A stretch of DNA of 38,571 bases from an uncultured Methanosarcinales archaeon. Lineage in GTDB: Archaea; Nanobdellota; Nanobdellia; Woesearchaeales; CAYVYK01. Both the position numbers and the translations under genes were made by a program. Below are positions 1 to 12,000 of the stretch, in pieces. The stretch spans positions 1 to 38,571 of the forward strand of contig CAYVYK010000014.1 of assembly GCA_964455675.1 (NCBI GenBank). The letters are read 5' to 3'. The notes beneath the pieces were generated by a model that saw only the letters and a list, made by a program, of their open reading frames with translations, did no database searches and was not told the origin of the DNA. Each line of letters opens with the position of its first letter. Positions within the stretch are counted from its first letter, which is position 1.

Positions 1-3000
1 CACCACGCTTGAGTTTTCTCCAAAGTCCGTGTCATTGTTGAAGTGCATCAGCACCTGCAGGTTTCTCGCAAGGTCTCCAAATCCCGGATCGAGTTCGCCA
101 TCGCTCGTCACCGCCCATCCGATGATTTGCGCGTTTGTCCTGTTATACCAGGAAACGTTTACCCCTCCAATGCCTTCTGTTCCATTTGTTGCGTTTACTT
201 CAACATACCATTTTCTTGTGAGTGTTGACGAAAGGAAGCTAGCGTTCTTGTACGTCGCGTTGATGAACGTGATGTTGTTGCTATTGGAAGCGTTAACGCT
301 GAATGCTTGCGAGTTGTTGATGTATTGGTCCACGAAAATATTGTGGTGACTTGTGTCAAAAGAGATACCATTTTGTACGGTGTGGTTGATTCTGTTGTTG
401 TAGAGGCGGTTCCTGCTGGCGTATATGAGCCATATGCATCCGTAATATTGTGTGGGTGATGTGCAGTTGTGGATGATATTGTTTGCGATGAGATTGTTCG
501 TGTTGCTGTATATGTAGATACCCATGGATGCGTTGTCGATACTGTTGTTTGCGATCGTTGAAAAATTTGATGACCAACTGAGTGTGATTGCTGTGCCTGA
601 TGTATCGATGATATTGTTGTTACTGATCGTTGTATTCTTGGAGTAAGTTACGGCAATTCCTTGATGTGATAAGTCATTATGGACGATGGTAGAATTTGAT
701 GAAGTTGTGAGTACGATCCCATTGCCACTATAGGCAACGCCAGTTCGTGGGATACTGAGTGTGTTATTGTAAATGCGCGTGAATTGAGACTGGCTCGCCG
801 AGATTCCTGCCGATGCCCTGACTGTATTGTTCCTGATTGTCAGGTTCTTGCCGCCTACTACCGCCACAGCGTACCCGGTGTCACTTAGCTTGTTTTGTAG
901 GACAGAGTTGTTGCGGGTATTGAAAAGATAGATATGGTATCCATAATCGGGGATTCCCGCGTAGAAAACGGACGCGTTTGCGATAATGTTGTTCTTGATG
1001 GTGCTTGTGTTTGTGCTTGGAAGGTAGAGGATGTACGCACCCGAAAGTCCATCGATGTTGATGTTCGTGATTCCCGCGAGATTCTTCATCGTGTTGCGGG
1101 TTATCGTGATATTCCTTCCGTACTCGATGATGGCGCCATATTTGATTTTGCAGGAGTCTCCTTCAAGGTCGCACGAAAAGTTACTGAAGTCATGGTTGCT
1201 GATGTTATTCCTGTCGATCGTGGTGTTCCTTCCGCTGTAGACTCTGAGTTGGTATCCATCGAGTGAGTTGTTCGAATTCATCCACCATGTGTTGTTGTAG
1301 TACAGGTTGTCCTTGCACTCGTAGTCCAGCGTTCCGTTCGCGTTCTTCGTGATGCTGTTGTTCGCGATGATGGAATAATTGCTCGCGAGGATGTATATTC
1401 CCTTCTTAAGTGTCCTGTTCACGCGGTTGTCATCAATCGTGAGGTTGTTCGTTCGTACGGCGTAGATTCCTACAGTGGTGCTTCGTGTAACGGTATTATT
1501 GATGATCTTGCTCTTGAGTGATCGGTCGATGGATATCCCGTAGCTTCCGTTCATGACGAAGTTATGGCTTACGGTTGTATTTGGGGTGATGCTAACACTT
1601 ATGGTCGAGCTGATTGCTGTCTGGTTGAGCGTGTTGTGAATGAGAGTAATACTGCGTCCATAGGACGTGGACAGTGCAGAGGTTGTATTACGTATGGTGT
1701 TATGGTCTGCCTTCGTCTGTGAGCTTTCGGCAATGAATACCCCCAAGAATCCAGCTCCGATCGTGTTATTGTATACTCTGCTGCGGTTTGATTTTGAGAG
1801 GTATATTGCGGCAATACCACCACTATCATACACCCTTATACTGTGCCCGCTGATCGTGGTATTTTTCTGGTCGCTATAGATTCCATATCCGGCAGGAGCG
1901 TAAATGGAATACCCTGCTCCTTTGAATGTAATGTTTTCCGCTTGTATTCTGAAGCAGTAGCCTGATCCAGAATAGTTGATGTTCTTCTTGAGCACGTACG
2001 TTCTGTCCGCGATGGTAAGGTTCGTGCAGTTGTACACATTCGTGATGTTGGTCGCTTTGTAGTCCGAGAATCCGGTGACGTTGAACCTGAAGTATCCGGT
2101 GGAGAAGCTGATGTTCTTGCATTCTTTGCAGTCGCTGTATCCTCCGTTCATGATCCGGTCGACGATTGCTTTGGGATAGATCCATCCGGTGCCCACCTTG
2201 AGGGTTACGTTCGCTCGCTCTGATGTAAACCCAGGATCAAGCGTGGTGTTGACGCGTGCCCGATTCGTGCTGAACTGTATCGTTTTTGAGAGGTTGCTTC
2301 CGTTGACTTTAAGGCTTGTGAGGAAGTGGATAGTTCCGAGTGCCGATGTGATCTTGAGCGTTCCGGAATCGATCCTGTATTTCACGACGCTGTTGTTGTA
2401 GATATAATAATCTGCGATGTCGCTTCCGCTGACGGTGTTGTTCGTGACGTTGTGGAAGGTGCCGCCGATCACGTGGATTCCATATGTGGAGCTGTCAGTG
2501 ATCGTGTTGTTTTTTATTCTGCAATAACTAGTGCCCTCCTTGATCAGGATGCCGGTAGCGGCCATGTCGATCGTGTTGTTTGCGATCTTCACTTTGGCTG
2601 AGCTGATGTTTATTGCGGTTCCAGCTCTGTTCATGTTGAAGATGTTTTTTGAAACGGTAATGTTTGATCCTCCTGTTGAGTAGAATCCAGACCTGGTGCT
2701 TCCGTTTGACGTGATGTTTGAGTTTCGTAGGGTGGTTCCTTCTCCTTCGTTGTAGATGGCATCCACGCTCTTGTTGAACGTGATGTTGCATCGATCGATG
2801 AGGGTATTGTAGCACAGTGATGCAATGTAGATCGCGTTTTGTGCTGTTGTCGGCGAATTGAACCTGTTCCTCGTGATATAGTTGGCGTTGCTCGTGGTGG
2901 TGATATAGATATGGGATAGTATGTTGCTAAAGAAATCATTGTTGATGATGCTTGTGCCTTTGCTCGAGGCTAAATAGACTCCGTAGTTATTGTTCTTGAT

Positions 3001-6000
3001 AGTGTTGTCCTGGATCTTGACGTACGCGGTGCTCGCAAGGTTTATTCCTTGGGTCGCTGTTGTGTCATAGATCGTGCAGTTCGTGATCGTTCCTGTCTTG
3101 AGGTTCGTGAGGTAGATGGCAGCTCCGCCTGTCCCGCCTTGGGCGAAGCAGTTTGAGATGTTGACTTGTGATGCTGATATCGATATTCCAGTGCCTGCGG
3201 CTTGCAGTATTGATACGTTCACTCCACGGATTTTTGTTCCGTTTGATGCTGATGCGACATAAATTCCTGCCGTTACTGAGTTAATTATCGTTCCTCCCTT
3301 GATCGTCGTGTTGCGCGCTGCTGAGACATAGACGCCGTACGTTCCTGCATTGATGTAGTTGTTCGATACGTTGTTTCGGTGCTCGCTTGTGCTGATATAC
3401 ACGCCGGAGTTTGCGATGCCTGTCAGGGTGTTGTTCCTGATATAGTTATCCGTTGATGATCCTGGAAAATATACCCCGTGGTACGCTGCCTGGACTTTAT
3501 TGTTGCTGAAGTTGCTCGCGTCACCATTATTCATCTCTATTCCGTATCCTCCGGTAGAGGTGCTCGTCGTGATGTCGCAGTTTTTTACCGTGATGTTTTG
3601 GACATTGAGTCCGTAGACTCCTGTATCAGTTTCTCCCGGTGCGTAGATGTACACTCCGTCGATCACGTTTCCGGAGGATGACATGTAGATTTGGTCTGCG
3701 GTGCTGTTGTACATCCTTCCTCCCTGGACGTAGTTATTGATTCCTTGCAGCAGCACGCCGTATGTGGCGAGTCGTGCCGTGTTGTTGATGAACTGGTTGT
3801 TCTTTCCGGATGTTTGGAACGCGTTCCCTGATCGGAGTATGGTGTTGTTGGTAACGACGCTGTTGTTTGATGCTGATAGTGATATTCCGTTCGTTGTTGC
3901 GTTTCGTATCGTGTTGTTGCGGATAGTATTGAGGCGGCTTATTGTGCTGAGGATGCCGGTGTGCGTTGATGCGTGGAAGCTGCTGTTCTTGATCTCGTTG
4001 TTTGACCCTCTGTAGATGTACACTCCGTACGCGCCGTGGTATGTTGTGATGTTATGGATGCGGCTGTAATTGGAGTTGTTGATGTACACTGCCCAGTTTG
4101 TGCACGATGCGCATGCTCTGTTGATCTTGCAGTTCTTGATCGTTGCGTTGTTGACATTGATGTAGACGCCTGCCTTGCCGGTATCATCTGATGTAATCCA
4201 ATGCCCGTGACAGTCGAGTGTGATGTTTGCCGCGCTGATGTTGATGCAGTGGCTCGATAGGGCGTTGTTCGTGATGTCTGCCGTCACCGTGTAGCTCGTG
4301 AGCGCTGTAGTGAGCGGCCTGCACGTGCTGACCGACGTACCTGTTTCCACCTTAATCTGTCGTACTTCTGTCTGGTTTTTGTTCCCGAACGAGTCAGCGC
4401 TGTGTCCTTGGACGTTGTATGTTTTGTCCGGGAGGTTCCTGTATGTTGCATGGTATTGATAGCGTGACGCGTTGTAGAGTGATAGTACTTCCGCAGCGCT
4501 GAGGCTTCTGTTGAATATGATGACTTCATCGATGCTTCCGTTGAAGTCATTCGTATGGTATTCGTATGTCCCCCTTCCGATAAGGAGTCGATATGTGGTT
4601 GCGGAGATGTTTCCCGTTGCGGCTCCGGCGTATTGCTGGCTGCCATTGAGATACCCGGTGAGTTGTGTTCCATTGTATGTCATGACGACGTGGCACCACT
4701 GCCCGACTGGGCATGTTCCTGTAGTCTCTGGATGGTAAGTCGTTGTTGTCGTTGTAAGGACAAGTTCTGCCTGATTTCTGATCGCTGCTCCTCCAAAGTC
4801 AATGCGATAAACCCCTTTTGATATCATGTATTGCGATGCTGTTGGCATTTTGTTGAGTTTTGCCCAGAGGGAGATTGTCATCGAGCTTCCGACGAGATCA
4901 AGCGCGTCCGTGTCGTTGATGGCAACGTAGCTGCTCGTGTTGAACGTGAATGCGTCTCCGAATTTTCCAGAGTTCGTCTGGTTCGCCCAACCTTTCTTTG
5001 TTCCGTTGTGGCGGTAGCCGCTGAGGTCCGTGGGGTTTCCGTACGCGTCAACGTCGTCCATCCTCATCCAGAGCACGACATCGTTGTTCAGTCGTGCGAA
5101 CGTATAGTGTAGCGAGGATTCCGTGGTGGAAATGTTGACGTTCAGGGTGCTCGTGGATATTCCGGTGTTGTTTCCAGGTGTCGGGGCTACAAATGAGATC
5201 TTTGGTCCTATCGTGTCCAGTCCGAACTTCATGAACACGTAGTCCGTGTAGAGTGAATGGTGGATGAGTGGCGGTGAGTGCTCGGTGAAGTATCCGCGCG
5301 CGGCAAACTCAAGGTCGTCATACCCTGTTGCGTTGAAGATAACTTCGTATTCTTCTCCTGGCTGTATGGCGAGATAGTCGTTGTCCTGCCAGATGAGTGG
5401 CCGGACGTTTCCGTCCGTGACACGTACTGGCAGATTGATCGTTCCAGCTGCGTTCAGCATGTGGAGTGATCGCGCGTTCATGAGGCGTGCAGATAATCCT
5501 TTGGTATCTCCTGTAAAGTATGTGGCGAGTGGCTCATGTTGGTAGGCAAGGAGTTGCGCAAGATTCTGCAGGGTGTTTGGCTGCATGTATGATCCCATGT
5601 CCGAGAATTCCAGTCGTGGCATCAGGTCCGTGTTTCGGGATGCTTCCCTTGTGAGGTTTTTCACGTCGTCTTCTCCAAGGATGAGCATGCTCGCGACGTC
5701 CCCTGCTTCTGTCAGCCCGATGCTCGCGAGGTCTTCACGCGCGGCATGCATGCGTGCGTTGAGCGTTTCCATGCGGACGGATAGCGGCTTTGGCGTTCCG
5801 ATGAGGATGAGGAAGTGTGTTTGCCGCTGGTTGTATGTCCATACTGTGGTATGCGGATACTCTGCGGCAAAGCTTGCGATGAGTGTGCGTAGGTCCGCGA
5901 ATGACAGTCCTCCGATCGGCACCCATGCTGCCGCGATTCCGTCCGGTGTGAGCCGTTCTTTCATGGTATGGAAGTAGTCTTGGCTGTACAAACTTGGGTT

Positions 6001-9000
6001 TCCTTTGTATTTGAGGTTCGTAACATCTGTGACGATGACATCATACTGTTTTGGCGTTGTCTGGAAATAGTGCCTCGCGTCGTCAATGATGAGGGTAAAC
6101 TTTGGATTGGAGAGCGTGTCTTTGCCTAGGTCTGGAAAGAACGCGCTTGCCCTTACAACTGCTTCCTCGATCTCGATGGCATCCACACTTACGCCGTGCG
6201 TAAGCATGCTCTGGCTCGTTCCCCCTGTTCCATATCCGACGGTTGCGACGCTCTCTGGCCGCGCGGATAGGAGGAGTGGTAGGTGCGCGAGCATTTTTGC
6301 GTCGATCACGAGTTCTTCGTCCGACCGTGCGACGGTTTGACTGTCGATGTTGAGTTTCCGCTCTGTTGTTCCGCGGTGCATGAACTCGCTCACCGTGACT
6401 GTACCCGTGAGTCCTTCCTCGTAGAAGAGGATTCTTTCATGGTCCTTGTAGTAGTGGTTGCCCGCGGTTCCAGCGATGATTCCTGCGATGATCACGCAAA
6501 GTGCAATGGCGAGTGCTCCCGTGCGTAGCATGCGTGCCGTGGACAGGAGGACGTATCCTCCTGCGGCGATGATGAGGAATATCATGAGGACTGTTGTGTT
6601 CTTGATGCCAAGGGTTGTGGTGAGCACAAATCCTGTGATGATGCTGCCCGTGATCATGCCTAGCGTGTTTGCGAGGTACGCCTTCCCGCTTTTTTGCCCT
6701 ATTGCGTCTTTCTCTTGTGCGTAGAGTTCGAGTGCGAGCGGGAACATGATCCCCATGAGTATTGCCGGGATGTATGCGAGTGCAAAACCGATGAGTGATG
6801 CGGTGATCACTCCGTCTGTTGGAAGTATTGCGCCAAGCTGCGCGTAGACCTGGAGGAGGACTGCGCTTAGGATTGCGAGCGCAAGCGCTGCCGTGCCAAA
6901 CACGAGTGCAGGTTTCTGTATCTTGCTTCGCGATAGGAGTGCACTTCCGCTCATCATGCCTAGGAGCATTCCAGCGAGGATGAGTGTGTACGAGAGTGTT
7001 GTTGTGAGGCCGTAGCTTGAGAGTGTTCGTGTCCAGAGGAGTTCAAGGCTGATGCTTGTCATTCCGGTGATGAAGAGCACACCAAGCATGTCCTTCCTCG
7101 TTCTGGTTTTTTGTTCAACCACTGTCGGTCCTGCAGCGCTTGGCATTCCTCGCGCGACGAGGAAAATGAGGATATTGATCGCGACTGCGATCCCAAGTGT
7201 TAGTGTGATGCCAAGGAACCTGATGAGGATGATGCCCGTGAGCAGCGACCCTGCGAATGCGCCAAGCGTGTTGACATAATATATTCGTGAGAACTCCCGG
7301 ACGTTTTGCCTGACAACATATTTTGTGATGATTGGGATAGTCCCTCCGATGCAGATGCATGGTATGAGAATGATTATCCCGCTGATCGCCATTCTGATGA
7401 TTGTGAGGAGTGCGAAGCTGCTCGTTGCGGCCTGTGCGTAGAATCGCTCAAACGGCCAGATGCTGATAACAAGGTACGACAGCGCTGAACTGATGCCTAT
7501 CGCAAGTTCGATGAACGCGTATGTTTTCAGGGTGTTCGGGCTTCGCTCTGTTATTTTTCCAAAGATGTAGCTGCCGAGCCCCAGGCCGAGCATGAATACT
7601 GCAATCACGGTCGCTACTGCGGCGCTGCTTGTCCCAAACTGGAGCGACAGTAGTCGTATCCACAGGAGCTGGTAGATGAGTGCTGCTCCTCCTGAGAGGA
7701 AGATGAGGTAGTGTATTCGCGGTATTGCAGCGAGCGCGTCCATCCCTTTGTGTCGAACAACGAATACGCATAGGATGATGAGTACGATGATGGCAAGGAT
7801 AATAAACTCTGTTGGGAAAGATGTTTCTTCCCTCACGGTTGCCTTGAGATAGACTTGGTCGATGTATGCTGTCTCGTTGAGCTCTTCTTTGAGCATGATT
7901 CTGATCGTTCCGTTCACGACGTCCACTGAGTCTGTGATATCAACGAATGATGTGTATTCCTGTTCTTTGCTTCCTGCTCCCGCGATGAAGTCTGAGATGA
8001 AGGAGTAAAGTCCGTCCTTGTAGGTATAGAGGAATGGTGAGTACTGGCATGCGCACTGCCGTGCTGTCCCTCGTGCGTACGTTGCGCAGTCGTTTTGCCC
8101 GTCCTGGTGGTAATAGCATGTCCCGCCGGTTGTCGCGCTTGCGTATGGTCCTGTCGCAGCTTGTCCTGAGCATCCATATGTCATATACCAGTGATTGCAT
8201 GTCGCACAATTGACAGGATCGTTCGTCCAGTCGCATGTTCCGTCCTGTACTCCACCGTGCGTGGCGCACAGGGCGGTGCACGATGACGTTGAGCTGTACC
8301 AGCAGTAGTTCGTGTTCCACCATCCCCCGCATGCCTTCTGGCTCGCGACGCGCATAGCGACTGTTTTTGTTGTTTGGTTGATGTAGTCCTGGACGTTGCT
8401 CGTTACGATGACGTTAATGGTTTGATCCGAACCTATTGGGTTGCCATACACTGATACCCATTTCCTTGCCGCGTAGCTGTAGAGGCTGATATTTGTATAG
8501 AATCCATTTGACGTTTCTCCGTACCCCTCCCACGTGATGTTGATGCTTCCTGGTGTACTGACGAGTGGATCGCGCGTGAGGTTGAAGATGAAGAGGTGCT
8601 GGTCATAATCGTACGCACCTGCTTTATAGGTGACAAAGTAGTCATTGTCGCTTTTATTGAGCTGTTTCATCGTTGTTCCGTTCACTGCGCTCCAGCCCGC
8701 CCAAGGGCTTGGATTCAGTGTTGTTGCTGCGTAGTACCCGCTCATGTTCGCGATCGTATAGTTGCTTGGGTCGACGATGTAGTCAAAGCGCAGGCTTCCT
8801 CCAAGGACGTGGAGATCGAATGTGTCTTCTTCTCCTGCGAGGTCGTTAAGATATCTCGTGTTCCTGCTATTGTTCGTTATGTTGTCAAAGCTTACGATGA
8901 CGTCAGTTCCGTTGTTCTGGTACACGTAGATGCTTGGGCTTCCGTTCATGATCCATGGATAGAGTGTGATGTCATTCACTGCCGTGAGGTTTTTCTTGAA

Positions 9001-12000
9001 TTCCACGCGCACGTAGTGTCCGGAAGGTATTGTCTCGCTCCACACATCATCAAGTGCGCTCACTTCAGGATAGATGTCTGAGACGAGTTCTCTGTTTTCG
9101 TCAAGGTGCGACGCCCTGCTGATCTCGATGATGATCTGGTATGTTTGGTTTGAGAGGTGTGGCACGACCCAGGTGATGGTGTCTCCCTTGCCGTTCAAAT
9201 CAGTGTCTGCGATCGAGAAGTCGAGCACTTCAAGGCGGTATTGTGGTTGCTCGGGTGTGCTGATGTCCTCGATGCTGCCGTAGCCGTTGGGAATGTCCAG
9301 ATTATCCGCGCTCTGTCCTTCGGTAAGAAGGTATTTGTATTCAATATCATCAATGATCCAGTAGAGCCGTGCTTGTGACTCGATGGGGAGTGCCGCGCTT
9401 ACCGTCACCTCATCGTATTCAACGTCGGAATGGACGACTACTTCCTTCTGGGTGGTGCTGACTGCTTCCTCAACAATTTCGGGTCCTGGGGTTGTGTACT
9501 CAAGTTCAACTTCTTCATAGATGCCTGGCACGAGGACGTAATTCTCTTCTGGCTCGGCGACTGCCGGATCGGACACGGCGTATCCGGTGATTCCTCCCGT
9601 GAGCCATCGCGTAATCCACTTGAGCATGCGTGTGATAATGCCTTCTCCTTCAGCGCTGTTCACGGCAAATGCTGTTATTCCTGGCGTGGTTCGCTCGGCA
9701 AGTTCTGGGTCGATCTTGGCGAGGAGTGCTTCTTTTGTTCGCAGACTACGTTCTGCCCGGACGAGCCGGTGTTTGATTTTTTTGCCGGTCTGTGCATCGC
9801 TCGAGGCAAGATCTTCCTGCGCCTGCGCGATTTCCTCTCGGAGTTCTTGGATTTTTTCCTCTATGTCCGCGGCTCGCAGAGTTCGTTGTGGCTTGTTGCG
9901 GTTTTCTTCTCTTTGCTGGAGGAATCTGGCAAGCCGTTGCGTTGCGAGTATTTCGTCGTTGACTGCCGCGGGTGTAGCCTCAGGTGTTGGTTCTGCCATT
10001 TCCTCATTGTTATCCTCCGGTGTCTGCTCAATCGTGGATTCCGTTGGTGCTTTAGTCTCTTCTTCATCGAGCTGTTCTTCCATCTCGATGATGGTGACAT
10101 CTGCGGTGTCAAGGACGGCTATCTCCTCTGGTGGTGGTACATTCGTTTCAGACGGGACATCTGGAATCTCCGTGGGAATGTTGATTGGGTTCTCTGTTGG
10201 CGATGGGTTTGCAAGTGGAGTCTCGGTTGGGCTTTCAGTAGATGTTGGAGTGGCCGTGATCTCAGGTATTATCGGCTCGTCGAGTAAGCTATCAGCAAGT
10301 TTGATCTCGCGTCCTTCTTGTTCGAGGTATGCTTCTGTGATGGGTTCTGAGTTTGCCCGCACCCGGATGTCATACGCGCTCTTGGGTATGGGTATTCTGG
10401 TCGTGTCTGCCGCGTTTGCGACCCGTATCCTCCTAACCCACGTCGTTGGTTTCCCCACTTGGATTTGAGTGGTGTTCGTGAGGAGGACGGTGACTGTTTC
10501 GCTGAGGTTTTCGGTAATATTGCTCGTGATATTAGACGTGATATTCGTCGTGATATTGGTAGTAATGTTTGTAGTAATGTTTATGGTGATGTTCGTAAGG
10601 TTGAGGGAAAGGTTGCTCGTGTAATTCAGGCTAAGATTACCCGTAATGTTCGCGGTGATATTGCTCGTAATATTTGTGGTTATATTGCCCGTAATATTCA
10701 TGCTGATATTGTTGGTAATATTGGCTGTTATGTTTGATGTGATATTCGTCGTAGTGTTCGTATCTGTCGTGACGTTTGATGTGATGTTCATGGATATGTT
10801 GGTGGTGATATCGCTCGTGATGTTGCTCGTTACGTTTAATGTCGTATTCGTGATGTTTGTGCTATCGTTCGTATCAGGGATTTCTGGGAGTACAACGAGT
10901 GTTGCGTCCGTTGAATTCGTTGCGAGTTCGTCCGATGCATAGAACGTGATGCTCGCGTTTCCAAAAAAGCCTGCGCTAGTTATGGTAACGATACTGTTGA
11001 GTATTCCAACATTCATCCCTTCAGGTTGCGTGACAAGGTATGTGATATTGTCCCCATCCTCATCGTATGCGTACGAGGCAAGGTCCACAATGGTTTCACC
11101 GCTGATCGTGATCGGTGGAACAGGCAGCCATTTTGGTGCGCGGTTGCCTTGGGCGAGTGTGTAACTGATACCTGTGATCGTGATGCTGCTTCCCTCTTCA
11201 GTTTCGACGACGAGTGAGTATGGTCCTGCGGTGTGTACATGACAGCTCTCTGCGCAGTGGCTGGCAAATTCCAGTTCTTCCGGCGCTGCTTCATCGGCGG
11301 TATCATCCGGTTCTGGTGTTTCTTCAGGTGTTGGTTGGATTGTCGCTTCTGGTGTTTCGGCGGGTACTGGTGTCTCTGCTGGTGTTTCTTCCGGTGTTGG
11401 TTCTGGTGTCTCTTCGATCGATTCTTCTGGTTCTTCGAGGGTGTCGTCGACCTCTTCATCCGGTGTTGGTTCTGGTGTTTCTTCAGGTGATTCCTCAAGG
11501 GTGTCGTCAGTTTCATCTGTTGGGGTTTCTTCTTGTGTTGGTTCTGGTGTTTCTTCGATCCATTCTTCTGGTTCTTCATCTGTATCACTGGTTTCTTCCG
11601 GTGTCTCTTCGGGTGTTGGCGTCGCGCCTTTCTTTGTCTTTTTTGGTTTGACGGAGAGGAGTTGTACCGTGACGTCCGTGCTGTTCGTGCCGTCCTTGTC
11701 GCTTGCGTAGATCGTGATCGTTCGGTTGCCGCTCATGTTGTTTGGATTGCGTAGGCGCAGTCTGTTATAGAGGACGTCTACGTCAAGATCTTCTGCGCTC
11801 GTCGCAACGTACGTAATTTCGTCATGGTCTCGGTCGCGCCAGTACTTGGAGAGATTGATGGTCTTGTCTACGCCGTATTTTACTTTGATGAGGGGGAATT
11901 TCCTGAATCTTGGTGGTCGTGGTGGTTTGCTGTGGACGGCTAGCCCTGTGAGTCCTTCGATTCCTTCCTCTTCTGTTAGCATGCTTGTGTCAAGGATGAG

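Noticed and set aside
5600..7809. Treating the MFS/SpeE-like module as a separate gene (for example starting at Met 7743)
   Set aside because: There is no stop codon before or after it in the frame, and it is continuous with both flanks.
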